Positions 9,548 through 18,982 of a DNA stretch of 54,421 nucleotides are shown here, one piece after another. The DNA is from a virus. Lineage: Duplodnaviria; Caudoviricetes. The position numbers were made by a program, and so were the translations under genes. Under the pieces are notes generated by a model. The model had not been told where the DNA came from. It saw only the letters and a list, made by a program, of their open reading frames with translations, and did not search any database. Position 1 is the stretch's first letter. Each line of letters begins with the position of its first letter. The stretch spans positions 1 through 54,421 of the IMG/VR virus record IMGVR_UViG_3300049737_000325, one strand, 5' to 3'.

Positions 9548-10810
9548 TTAGAATAACTTTTTACTTGGGTCTTTCTTAACCTTTTTTGTTTTCTTACCTA
9601 CTAGTTTCATTGGAGAACCTTTAGGCTCTTCCGGGACATCCATGCCTGCAAAAGGATCTGGTGCGAACGTATTCTTTTTAGCTCCTTCTAGCCAATCAGT
9701 TCCTTCTAGGATTTTATCCATTTCCATAATAGATTCTCTAGACTCAATTGCACCTTCCCAATCTTTTTCTATTGCAGCATAAATAGCTTTTTGAATTGGA
9801 TCTGGAATAGTTTTATTATGCAATAACATTAGTGAAATGTTTTGAGTAAGATTAGTCTTAATTAAAGTTAAAGAACTATGTCCAACTACTCGGTAAATAA
9901 TATCTGATAAGATGTCTTTAGCCTCTGATGAGAATAAGAAGTCAATTGTAAAGCCTTTGTATTCTTTAATGTATTGATTCCAAATACTTTCTGCAGTCTT
10001 ATCAGTAATAGCGTAATTACGTAACTTGCCATTCTTCATTTCTTTTTGCCATGTTACAACTGATGCGATATTATCTGATTTATCACCTGTTAGTATTTTC
10101 TTGAATATGAATTCATCACAGTCAACTTCTACAATACTGATTTTATTAGCGTTGACCCAGTCAAGAATATCTCTTTGATAATCATCACGCAACATGTGTT
10201 GTCCACCCATATTGAATAACATATCATCTTCTGTCATATCTTTAGATGCTGAAGTTTCCATATCTTTACTGAAGCCTTCATAAGCATAAAGAGTCTTTTT
10301 AGTATTGTAGTACCATAGTGTATGAGCATCGTTAGTTTGTGAATAGTTAACTAATTGAATTAGATCTCGGTCACCTGACCATACAATACATGATTTACCC
10401 CTAGCATTTAGAGCAGCTGACCATCCAAAAATAACATCATCTGCTTCTGCGCCTTGTATCTGGTGTACTGTAACACCTTTACTAGCTACAATCTTCTGAA
10501 ATTCTTCATAGACTGCATATACTGCGGTCCAATCAACATTACTATTTTGTTTACGAGTACCTTTATATTGTGCACTAGGAAATAGATCTTTACGCCATGA
10601 CTTAGAGTCTACCGCAAGAACTACATCATCTACAAACATTTTTAATTTACGCATTTCTGATGCGAAGTCAATAGACAGTTTACGCATAAATTGCGCTTTT
10701 TGTTTATCGTCATCTAATAGTTTACCTTGCTTTGGCTTTGGTAAAACGAAAAGGCGACTGAATACAAAATAGTTACCGTCGATTAAGAGTGTGTGTTTTC
10801 CCACTTTCAT
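9548..10810 (-). CDS. rnh: 5'-3' exonuclease / RNase H (T4 rnh, FEN family)
   Basis: LLIDGN, WRK..YKGTR, EADDVI, SGDRDLIQL, GDKSDNI motifs. Confidence 0.9.
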   Translation of the reverse strand: MKVGKHTLLIDGNYFVFSRLFVLPKPKQGKLLDDDKQKAQFMRKLSIDFASEMRKLKMFVDDVVLAVDSKSWRKDLFPSAQYKGTRKQNSNVDWTAVYAVYEEFQKIVASKGVTVHQIQGAEADDVIFGWSAALNARGKSCIVWSGDRDLIQLVNYSQTNDAHTLWYYNTKKTLYAYEGFSKDMETSASKDMTEDDMLFNMGGQHMLRDDYQRDILDWVNANKISIVEVDCDEFIFKKILTGDKSDNIASVVTWQKEMKNGKLRNYAITDKTAESIWNQYIKEYKGFTIDFLFSSEAKDILSDIIYRVVGHSSLTLIKTNLTQNISLMLLHNKTIPDPIQKAIYAAIEKDWEGAIESRESIMEMDKILEGTDWLEGAKKNTFAPDPFAGMDVPEEPKGSPMKLVGKKTKKVKKDPSKKLF

Positions 10811-10838
10811 ACTTTTATTTCTTTAAATATCTATGTAC

Positions 10839-10869
10839 AATATACGAAAAATAATTGACATAAAAAAAT
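10839..10869 (-). promoter_or_regulatory. 31-bp repeat, putative early (host RNA polymerase) promoter, copy 1
   Basis: AATATACGAAAAATAATTGACATAAAAAAAT identical to 44594-44624; both intergenic and just upstream of a minus-strand gene. Confidence 0.6.
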
Positions 10870-10884
10870 TATTTAACACTTATT

Positions 10885-11841
10885 TTAGCTTTTAATTATT
10901 CCTTGTATCTCGTATATACAACTTAGCATTGTAATTACGGGATCTATTACATGAACTCTTTGCGCTTGGTGTTTAGCTACAGAAATAATGATCTGTGGGA
11001 TATGCTTAACGGATTGCAATTGTTCTTGTTGTATATATTCTATAAATTCTTCGCCTAATGTTTGTAATATATCATCTATTCTATTAGAGTAATTACTTAC
11101 TAACATTTGGTAATTCTTTGCAGGATCCGTCTCATTAAATACTAATTCAAATACATCTTTATAGACTGAGTTGAATCGTTTTACATCACCTACTGTAATA
11201 TTATTTGTTCCTTGTGTTTTATACCCTTGTAGTTTGTTAAGCGTAGATCTTAAATCTGGGAAGTTACGCCTAACAAATTCTACTAGAGCTTCTTTCTCAA
11301 TTGTCATCTCCTCTTGTTTACAAATATCATATACTCTGCGAATATACTTCTTTGTTAACTCATTCTCTTCTTCTTTATCAAAGTCAAAATTAATAACTTC
11401 AAATCTAGATAGGATAGGATCTGGTAATTTGTTAATATAATTACATGTTGCAATAAATCTTGAATTAGATGCAAAGGTCTCCATTGTAGCACGAAGTGCT
11501 TTAAAGAATTGATCAGATACACCGTCAATCTCATCTAGAATTACTACCTTAAACATACCTGGTTCGTCCATTATAGATACAGTTGAACAAAAATCAGTAA
11601 TTCTGGTTCTAATCACATCAACAGATGTGTCTGTGGACGCGTTGATGTACAAATAAGGAAGTTTAAACTGATTTACTATGGCTTTTGCACAAGAAGTCTT
11701 ACCTGTCCCTGGTGAGCCCGTTAACAGCATATTCTGAACTAGCCCATCTTTAAACTTATTCATTACCGCGTCTGGTAATATTAATTGTTCTAGGGTAGAA
11801 GGTCTGTACTTCTCTGTAAATAATTGATTAATTGATTGCAT
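10885..11841 (-). CDS. gp44: clamp loader large subunit (gp44, RFC-like AAA+)
   Basis: EKYRP, Walker A GSPGTGKT, Walker B ILDEID, SRF arginine finger. Confidence 0.93.
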   Translation of the reverse strand: MQSINQLFTEKYRPSTLEQLILPDAVMNKFKDGLVQNMLLTGSPGTGKTSCAKAIVNQFKLPYLYINASTDTSVDVIRTRITDFCSTVSIMDEPGMFKVVILDEIDGVSDQFFKALRATMETFASNSRFIATCNYINKLPDPILSRFEVINFDFDKEEENELTKKYIRRVYDICKQEEMTIEKEALVEFVRRNFPDLRSTLNKLQGYKTQGTNNITVGDVKRFNSVYKDVFELVFNETDPAKNYQMLVSNYSNRIDDILQTLGEEFIEYIQQEQLQSVKHIPQIIISVAKHQAQRVHVIDPVITMLSCIYEIQGIIKS

Positions 11842-11860
11842 ACAATATTATGTTTAATTG

Positions 11861-11888
11861 TTATAGTGCCAAGTGGCTAAAATGTTTC
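11861..11888 (-). promoter_or_regulatory. putative middle promoter GAAAC-N18-TATAA upstream of gp44
   Basis: One of 8 copies: 9361, 11861, 22091, 31905, 34346, 35000, 40045, 43742. Confidence 0.65.
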
Positions 11889-11905
11889 ATAGATAAATAT
11901 AGTAT

Positions 11906-12394
11906 ATGAGTATACGCATTGAAAAGACTGGTGGTCCTTGGCCCGCAAACAGATATGGTATCATCTTAAAGTACTTACCACGATTCTTAAGAAAGTTTCT
12001 AATAACTCAAAGAAATCTTGCAAAGTGGTCAGATGATGACCAATTCATGGAGTGTGTTTTAAGAATGCAAAGACCTAGATCTAGTACTTCTAATAAAATT
12101 TATTGGGATATGAGAACTGATACTGCCCTATCTGAAAAAGGATTAGAGCGTTCATATAATACAGTCGAATGGTATTGTGCTATTTCACTTAAACCTATTA
12201 AGTCTAAGTTTATGAACTTCGATCTTAAGAATTTTATCCATCCAGAATATTATGATGTGTTAGATGCTCCAATGGTAGATAGTCGTATACTTAAATCATC
12301 AGTTGACTTTCGTAAAAAATGTAAAAAACTCCTGCTCGCAGAACGAGAGGAGTTTCTTAAACTTGCTAAAAAGAACGCTAGGCGCTCTCTTTAA
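11906..12394 (+). CDS. hypothetical basic protein; only credible plus-strand gene
   Basis: 162-aa ORF in an otherwise empty gap, convergent with 12397; GATAAATA 6 nt upstream of its ATG. Confidence 0.7.
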   Translation: MSIRIEKTGGPWPANRYGIILKYLPRFLRKFLITQRNLAKWSDDDQFMECVLRMQRPRSSTSNKIYWDMRTDTALSEKGLERSYNTVEWYCAISLKPIKSKFMNFDLKNFIHPEYYDVLDAPMVDSRILKSSVDFRKKCKKLLLAEREEFLKLAKKNARRSL

Positions 12395-12396
12395 TA

Positions 12397-14535
12397 TTAC
12401 ATTAACGCTTTAAATTTATCAGCAACAGACATACCTTCATAAAGTTTAATCTTCTTAGGTAATTCTTCTTTTGCTTCTTCAATTTCAACTGCTTCAAATT
12501 GTAAAGAATCAATTCTGATATTCATTGCAGCCATTTCCATTGGCTCTGTACCATCTTCATAGTCCACGGTTGCGAACAGTTCACCCATTTTTATGATTTT
12601 AAATCTTCCAGGGAATCTAACATTCTCACCGTAAACTGTTTCACCTTTCTCAACAGCTTTCATAGCTTTCTTTAATTTAGGGTGTAAACCTTCTTCAATT
12701 ACTTCAGCTTCTTCAAGTTGATAAGCATTATCATCTCCAACTTGATCAGCATGACCTGAGATGCCTGCTAGTTTCATAACAGCTGCTTTATCGCCACTGT
12801 AATTTAATTCATCATAACCATCTCCAAATGGATCTTTATCTATAGATATTTTCACGCCTAATTTCTTAGCTTGTGCTTTTAAGTATTTGTAATCATCTTC
12901 TGTATAAGACATTAAACCATTTAATGAAGCTTCAACTAGAATACGGTTAGGATCTAAATCATAATCTACGGAGTTGGTTTGTGGTTTTGATTTGCTTAAT
13001 GCTACAGCCGCGGCTAAATCTCTTTTCAAAGCGTCGATGTCTTCAGCAGGATCTTTCTTACCTTCAGCCATTGCGATTTTAGCCGTTAACAACTTAACTC
13101 TAATTACTGCCGTATCTTTAGGGGAAGTTTCTACCGGTAAAGCATCTAGTTCTCCTTGTGCAGCATCTATAGCCGCCTTTACTTTTTTCTCATCGAATTT
13201 TTTATCATCATCATTTAAGTCCTGATCCGTGCTCATTGCATCCATATCAGATTCAAAATCTTTAAGCTGTGCTTTTGTTGAATCTAGAATTGCTTTAAGA
13301 GTTTCTTCACCCTTATCTTTATCTGTACCTTCTGCATCAGCAAATGTTGTTGCTGAAAGACCTTCCTTTAATGCATTATATTTTTTTTGGCTTTCTAGAG
13401 TGTCTTTCTTTGCAGCTTTAATTGCAACTTTTTCTTCGTCAGTTGGTTTTTTCTTATTTAATAATTCAAAATCAGTACCTTCAAGTTTAGCAAGATATTC
13501 CTGGTGAGCTTTAATAAATTCTCTAACCTTTGTCTTAGCTTCTTTCATTTCTTCTTTATCTCCTTCTCCTTCTTTTGCTTCTTTATCAGAATAAGATTTA
13601 AGATCTTCTGAAATTTTAGCCTTTTCTTCTGCAAGATATTCTTTTTGCTTTTTCGATTGTTTAGCTATCCTTTCTTGTACTCTCTTCTGGATCTCTTCTT
13701 CCTTGTCACCGCCCTTAGCGTATTCCAGTTCTATTGCTCCATTCTTTTCAATTTTTTCCATGGCCATCTTGTCATCAATTGATAACTTCTGTTCAGCCCA
13801 TCTAAGTTTTAAATCTTCAGATTCAATAGGATTGTCTTTTTCTACTTTTGTAATTTTAGCAGTTATATCTCTAATAGTATTATCTAGTTTTGCAGTTAAC
13901 TTGGCCGTTGCTGTTTTAAGTTGCACGTCAGCTTGAGCTTTAGCCTTATCTTGTAATGCATCTCTCTTAGCTCTTAGCTTTTGCTTAGCGGCAAGATTCT
14001 CTGCTGCATCGATTTCTGCCTTAGATTTTGCAGATAATTTATCATACATGTCCGCTTGCATCTCATCAGATTTTACAGCTAGCTCTTTTAATTTTTGAGT
14101 TTTAGTAATCTCTGCTTTTAACAAATTCTTTTTCATTGTAGGGTAAGTACCCATAACTGTAGAGTATGATTTTGCTGATGCAATAGATTTCATAATCTTA
14201 GCCATAAAACCTTCTTCAGCTTCATTTAGAGCAGCCTCAGTTAATTCTTCAGCAAATACATTAAATTCTAAAAGTACAGATTCTGTAATTGATTTAGAAA
14301 GTGCTTCTAGGTTAGTTAAGATAGCATCAACATCTTGTACAATTTCTGCTCTAACTTTATCACCAGAACTAATAATGGTTTCTGCTCCGGTAGGTTTAGC
14401 AACTACTTTATCAACTGTAATAGATGCTGTTTCAGTCTTGCCGGCTGGCGCTACTGTTTGGTTTGGTTTAGAAAGATCACTTGCTGCGAAGTCTTCGTAT
14501 AATGCAAGTGGTTTCTTTAGGTTTAATTTTTTCAT
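12397..14535 (-). CDS. putative internal head (poly)protein, long coiled coil plus small C-terminal domains
   Basis: Follows gp23 with own GATATATA; LYEDF near the N-terminus; multiple (I/L/V)-x-E sites (LTEA, LNEA, LVEA, LEEA, IEEA). Confidence 0.55.
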   Translation of the reverse strand: MKKLNLKKPLALYEDFAASDLSKPNQTVAPAGKTETASITVDKVVAKPTGAETIISSGDKVRAEIVQDVDAILTNLEALSKSITESVLLEFNVFAEELTEAALNEAEEGFMAKIMKSIASAKSYSTVMGTYPTMKKNLLKAEITKTQKLKELAVKSDEMQADMYDKLSAKSKAEIDAAENLAAKQKLRAKRDALQDKAKAQADVQLKTATAKLTAKLDNTIRDITAKITKVEKDNPIESEDLKLRWAEQKLSIDDKMAMEKIEKNGAIELEYAKGGDKEEEIQKRVQERIAKQSKKQKEYLAEEKAKISEDLKSYSDKEAKEGEGDKEEMKEAKTKVREFIKAHQEYLAKLEGTDFELLNKKKPTDEEKVAIKAAKKDTLESQKKYNALKEGLSATTFADAEGTDKDKGEETLKAILDSTKAQLKDFESDMDAMSTDQDLNDDDKKFDEKKVKAAIDAAQGELDALPVETSPKDTAVIRVKLLTAKIAMAEGKKDPAEDIDALKRDLAAAVALSKSKPQTNSVDYDLDPNRILVEASLNGLMSYTEDDYKYLKAQAKKLGVKISIDKDPFGDGYDELNYSGDKAAVMKLAGISGHADQVGDDNAYQLEEAEVIEEGLHPKLKKAMKAVEKGETVYGENVRFPGRFKIIKMGELFATVDYEDGTEPMEMAAMNIRIDSLQFEAVEIEEAKEELPKKIKLYEGMSVADKFKALM

Positions 14536-14607
14536 ATTAGGTTTATTAATTTTCTTTTAAATTACTAATTAGATTATATATCTTCCTTTATTCACTAAAA
14601 AAACTAC

Positions 14608-14639
14608 AAAAAAAAAGACCCTCAATTAAGAGGGTCTTT
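14608..14639 (-). terminator. intrinsic terminator after major capsid gene
   Basis: AAAGACCCTC/GAGGGTCTTT stem with long A-run (U-tract on minus strand). Confidence 0.8.
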
Positions 14640-14661
14640 AATATAAAATTTAGACTATAAA

Positions 14662-16050
14662 TTATAGTTCAAAGTTAGCTAATGAGAATTTCTCATATTG
14701 AGTTCCTGGGTGGAATCCAGCTTTAACTAATGCGTATCTAGATTTTACAGCTACTTTCGGAGCCATAGTTCCTTCAACGATAGTTTGTACTGATTCAGCC
14801 ATTAAGTAAGGCATGAATACTAATCCAGGTCCGTTACCGTCACCTTTTCTACCAATTAAGATCTCAACATCGTCGAAAGCTACAGATGGGTCAGTATAAA
14901 CGTTGATACCAGCGATTGATCCTAAAGGATAAATTGCACCAGCAACTTGGTTTATTGTTTGAGCCATTGGGTAAGCTACGAAACCAGCAACACCTTGTAA
15001 AGCAGATGCAACTTTTCCACCTACTACAGCGAAGTTACCAGCACCTCTTCTACCTCTTTGCGCGATTAAGTTACCAGCAGCTAAGATTGCAGTTAAGATT
15101 CTTCTGTGTGAATCACCTTTAGTTTCACCAGAGTTAGCAGTGATAGCAATGTCCATAGTTTTAGGAACACCACCATCTAAACCGAATAGGTTAGTTCCAG
15201 CGATAGATCTCATCGTTAATAAGATGTGATTGTTAATAGACTGAGTTAATTCGTTAGTTAAAACTGCTTCTACTTGAGCAACAGCATCAACACCGAATTG
15301 TTTAAGATCTTGAACTTGCTCTCTTGTTACGGCAGCAGCAACTTGGAAAGTTTCAGCAGCAACGCTTTTAGAGAATAAGCTTAAGCCCATTACTTTGTCT
15401 GGAGTAGATTCACCTAAACCTCTTGACATTGGAGCTCCAAGACCAAGCTTGTCTTTAGCACCAGAAAATTCAGGAATATGATCTTCTAAAGCAGGTACTA
15501 ATTCAGCATCAGCATAAGTTACTGTTACTAGACCAGCTTCTAAAGTAGCAGCTCCTAATTTGATGATGTTTAAACCATCAATTCTAGAAGTTCCAACTTT
15601 TACATCACCAGCTGATTCAGCTAATGCAGTTCTAATGTAAGTTGGGTGTACAGTACCATCAGCTCCTCCGTTTGCAACGTCAGCACCTAAAGTTCCTCCT
15701 TCGTATACGAAGTCAAGGTAAGATAGTAATCCCATTGGTCCAGCCATAGGTACAACAGGTACTAGGTCTAAACCGATAGTTTGTGCAGCTACTTGCATAG
15801 CTAAAGGTAAAAGAGTTGGAGCTTTATCTCCAGATCCGTTTGCATTACCTGTTGGAAAACTTGTGTTTCCCATACCTGCTAAGTTCATACCAGGATTTAA
15901 AGACATGATGTTCGCGTCTTCATAAAGCTTGTGATTGTGACAGTATTCTGACATCCAAGCTAGTTTGCTAGATTCATTGATTCCTGTTGCTTCCTCAATA
16001 ATAGGAGCCCAAGTACCTCTGATCTCAGCTTCGTTAATTAAATTTGCCAT
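14662..16050 (-). CDS. gp23: major capsid protein (gp23)
   Basis: WAPIIE N-terminus, LVPVVPMAGPMG, EQVQDLK, RRGAGNF, FMPY, KSRYAL. Confidence 0.93.
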   Translation of the reverse strand: MANLINEAEIRGTWAPIIEEATGINESSKLAWMSEYCHNHKLYEDANIMSLNPGMNLAGMGNTSFPTGNANGSGDKAPTLLPLAMQVAAQTIGLDLVPVVPMAGPMGLLSYLDFVYEGGTLGADVANGGADGTVHPTYIRTALAESAGDVKVGTSRIDGLNIIKLGAATLEAGLVTVTYADAELVPALEDHIPEFSGAKDKLGLGAPMSRGLGESTPDKVMGLSLFSKSVAAETFQVAAAVTREQVQDLKQFGVDAVAQVEAVLTNELTQSINNHILLTMRSIAGTNLFGLDGGVPKTMDIAITANSGETKGDSHRRILTAILAAGNLIAQRGRRGAGNFAVVGGKVASALQGVAGFVAYPMAQTINQVAGAIYPLGSIAGINVYTDPSVAFDDVEILIGRKGDGNGPGLVFMPYLMAESVQTIVEGTMAPKVAVKSRYALVKAGFHPGTQYEKFSLANFEL

Positions 16051-16171
16051 TTTGATTTTTATTATTTTTAATGGTTTTTATGTTTCTCGCGATTATTCGT
16101 TTGAAACTCGACTTGCTTGAGTGTTCTGCTTCTGTCACTCTTTTATCGTCGATATTGTTATTTTATATATA

Positions 16172-18538
16172 TTACTTTTTAAATCTTTTGTTTAAAGCTG
16201 CAGCCATATCAGATACATCGTAAAGTGGCTCGTTCTTCTTCTCAGCAACTGCTGATTCGTTAACTGCCGCTAACTTTTCTAGGTCAACTTTTACCTCTCT
16301 TAGATCTCTAGTTTCCCAGAAGTTTCTAACTTGATACTCAGTATTTAGAGTATGGTATTTAGCTTGAGCTTTAATTTGTGTTTGTTTTGCTTCAGTTAAA
16401 GACTGAAATTTTTCTTTATATTCTGCAGGTGCAGATGACATAAAGAATGGTTCAGCGCTCTTAGCTTCAACAACAGCTTCAGCGTTTTCAATGATTGCAC
16501 TAATTTGCGCTTCATTCATAAATGATCTTTTTGCAACCTTAGCTCTAACTTCAGATTTAGCATCTTCGTTTAAAGTGTTGTAAGATTCTTGTATGCTATT
16601 AGATACTACATTTAAGAATGCAGGAGCTTCATTTTCTTTAACTTGTGCAGCTTCTACTAATGCGTCTAATTTAGAAGCGATTTCGTTCTTGTAAGATTCT
16701 AATGGATCGTGTACTCCGTCTTCACCTTCAGCTTCTTCATCAGATTCTCCAGGTTCAGCTTCTTCAGATTCTTCATCTGCAGTTACATCTTTAGTTTCAT
16801 CTTCTAATTCTTCAGCAGGCTCACCGATGTCACCTTTAGGATCTACATCACCTTCTTTAGAGTTATCACCAACTTCTTCTAAATCAGCTTCTTCTTTTTC
16901 AGCAGCAGGATCTTCTTCTTCAACTACTTCTTCTGCACCTTCACCAGCCTCATCATCTTCAACTACTTCTTCTGCACCTTCACCAGCCTCATCATCTTCA
17001 ACTACTTCTTCTGCACCTTCACCAGCTTCATCATCTTCAACTACTTCTTCTGCACCTTCACCAGCCTCATCATCTTCAACTACTTCTTCTGCACCTTCAC
17101 CAGCCTCATCATCTTCAACTACTTCTTCTTCAACAAATTCTTCAGCGTTTTCTTTATCATCTTTAGAAACATCTTCTACTGGATATTCTTCATCGCCTAC
17201 TTTAAATGTCTTTTCGCCTTTTGCAATTGCTTCTGCTCTTGCAGCACCAAATTCATTTCCTTCTTCAACTTCTTCAGTTTCTTCAACCTCTTCAGTTTCT
17301 TCAACCTCTTCAGTTTCTTCAACTTCTTCAGTTTCTTCAACTTCTTCAGTTTCTTCAACTTCTTCAGCATGATGTGCTTCATCAGCTTCTTCAACTTCTT
17401 CAGTTTCTTCAACCTCTTCAGTAGTTTCGTCAACTAAGCTTTCATTAATAGATGATGCAATATATTCAGCGTATTCTGATACAGACTGTAAATTTTCTTT
17501 TAAGTACTCAACGTATTCTAAAAGATTTTTATGAGTGTCAGTACCTTCATTATGAGATTCTGCTAAATAATCAGCGAAATCTTTAACTTTAGAAATACCT
17601 TCAGCTAAATGTTCAGAGTATTGAATACCTTGATCTAATTTTTCAGCTAGAGTCTCAGTATAAGATATACCTTGGTCTGCTTTTTCAGCGACGTGTTCCG
17701 AATATTGGATTGACTCGTCTAATTTGCCAGCTAAATACTCAACATATTCTGAGAGGGTATTTACGCTTTCAACTATGTGATCGTTGTGAGATTTTACATC
17801 TTCTAACGTTTCGTCTTCGTTTGTTGCGCCGATAGACTCTTTAATGCTTTTAATTTCATTAGCTAAGTACTCAGAATACTTATTGAAATCTTCAGCTTTT
17901 ACAAATTCTGCCATGTTTTTATTATTATTTGTTTCTATATTTGTTTCAGTAATTTCTTGTGCTACTTCAAGTGCTTCTTGGTTTTCACCATTCATTTCAT
18001 ATATCCATAAACCAGAGTTATCATCAAATCCATAAGATTCGTTAACTCTTTTTAATTCAGCGTTGGCAAATCCAGGATCTGCTACTAAATCGTAAGTGAA
18101 TAATTGTTTGATTTTTACCTTTCCGTTAGATTCAACGGCTCCGGCTGCTCTTGATGAGATTTGTAAGGGTACTCCAGCATCTACTAGTGCTTTAGCTTGA
18201 CGTCCTGCGTCAGTATCTAATAGTTTGATTTTACCTCTTACTTCTTTTGATTCTTTGTCGTAATATAATTCTTCAATTATGTGAGACACACTCTTAAGGG
18301 AAATATCGAATTGCTGAGGATGATCTAATTCTCCTAATAACTTAGAAGACTTGATCTTGTCTTGCAATGCTTCTATCTGAGGAACGTATTCGCTCTCAGT
18401 ATAGATACGATTGTTTTTATTCTTTTGGTCAATTTGACCAAAGATACCTTCTAGAATGTAATCTTTATTCTCAGTTTCAGCTACGCTTAGTTGAGATGAA
18501 GACATTTCAACAATTAATAAGTTGTTGTTCTTTGCCAT
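16172..18538 (-). CDS. gp21: prohead protease (gp21) fused to scaffold/prohead core (gp22-like) region
   Basis: N-terminal protease motifs (KNKNNRIY, LGELDHP, ISSRAAG, TYDLVADPGF); remainder is a very acidic coiled-coil scaffold. Confidence 0.85.
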   Translation of the reverse strand: MAKNNNLLIVEMSSSQLSVAETENKDYILEGIFGQIDQKNKNNRIYTESEYVPQIEALQDKIKSSKLLGELDHPQQFDISLKSVSHIIEELYYDKESKEVRGKIKLLDTDAGRQAKALVDAGVPLQISSRAAGAVESNGKVKIKQLFTYDLVADPGFANAELKRVNESYGFDDNSGLWIYEMNGENQEALEVAQEITETNIETNNNKNMAEFVKAEDFNKYSEYLANEIKSIKESIGATNEDETLEDVKSHNDHIVESVNTLSEYVEYLAGKLDESIQYSEHVAEKADQGISYTETLAEKLDQGIQYSEHLAEGISKVKDFADYLAESHNEGTDTHKNLLEYVEYLKENLQSVSEYAEYIASSINESLVDETTEEVEETEEVEEADEAHHAEEVEETEEVEETEEVEETEEVEETEEVEETEEVEEGNEFGAARAEAIAKGEKTFKVGDEEYPVEDVSKDDKENAEEFVEEEVVEDDEAGEGAEEVVEDDEAGEGAEEVVEDDEAGEGAEEVVEDDEAGEGAEEVVEDDEAGEGAEEVVEEEDPAAEKEEADLEEVGDNSKEGDVDPKGDIGEPAEELEDETKDVTADEESEEAEPGESDEEAEGEDGVHDPLESYKNEIASKLDALVEAAQVKENEAPAFLNVVSNSIQESYNTLNEDAKSEVRAKVAKRSFMNEAQISAIIENAEAVVEAKSAEPFFMSSAPAEYKEKFQSLTEAKQTQIKAQAKYHTLNTEYQVRNFWETRDLREVKVDLEKLAAVNESAVAEKKNEPLYDVSDMAAALNKRFKK
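16917..17129. repeat. 39-bp coding tandem repeat, 5 full copies plus a partial (VVEDDEAGEGAEE)
   Basis: Unit TCTTCAACTACTTCTTCTGCACCTTCACCAGCCTCATCA repeated almost perfectly. Confidence 0.95.
17261..17420. repeat. 18-bp coding tandem repeat (EEVEET)n
   Basis: TCTTCAAC(T/C)TCTTCAGTT units, interrupted once by ADEAHHA. Confidence 0.9.
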
Positions 18539-18599
18539 AACTATGGTTTATCTATTTTTATTATATATCTATTTGTATTATGCAATTATCTTAATATCT

Positions 18600-18941
18600 T
18601 TAGATGTCTAAATCCAGGCCGCCACCGTCTTTATCATCTTTCTTTTCTTCTTCACCTTCAGCTTCTTTTTCCTCTTCGGCGTCTTCGGCTGATTTATCTA
18701 AGAAATATGCTGTTAAAACATCCATTTCTCCTTCAGCAAATGCATCGTTTCCATATTCTTTATAGAAGTAATCCTTAAAATCGTTTTCAGTTTGGCAAGC
18801 AGTAATAGCTCCTAAAATTTCTGCAGATTTAATTATTTTACCAGAGTCTAACTTCTGATCTTCTACATATATCTTAGAATCTTCTCCAGCTTTTAGTGAA
18901 TTTTCTGATACGAATTGTTCAAATGTTGTAATAATCTTCAT
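18600..18941 (-). CDS. small acidic prohead core/internal protein (position of gp67/gp68)
   Basis: Between portal and protease; N-terminus MKIITTFEQFVSE resembles the T4 capsid-targeting sequence. Confidence 0.55.
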   Translation of the reverse strand: MKIITTFEQFVSENSLKAGEDSKIYVEDQKLDSGKIIKSAEILGAITACQTENDFKDYFYKEYGNDAFAEGEMDVLTAYFLDKSAEDAEEEKEAEGEEEKKDDKDGGGLDLDI

Positions 18942-18982
18942 GTTTTATATATCTCTTTTTCTTAGCTATCTAGGGTTATTCA

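Noticed and set aside
10855-10860. TTGACA in the 31-bp repeat as a plus-strand sigma70 -35 box
   Set aside because: No good TATAAT at 17 nt and no plus-strand gene downstream of either copy
16917-17129. 39-bp repeats as a CRISPR array
   Set aside because: Head-to-tail with no spacers, length a multiple of 3, in frame within the scaffold gene
16827-17433. Ser-rich, Lys/Leu-rich and Gln/Leu-rich ORFs (16827+, 17197-, 17206+)
   Set aside because: Alternative-frame shadows of the acidic repeats
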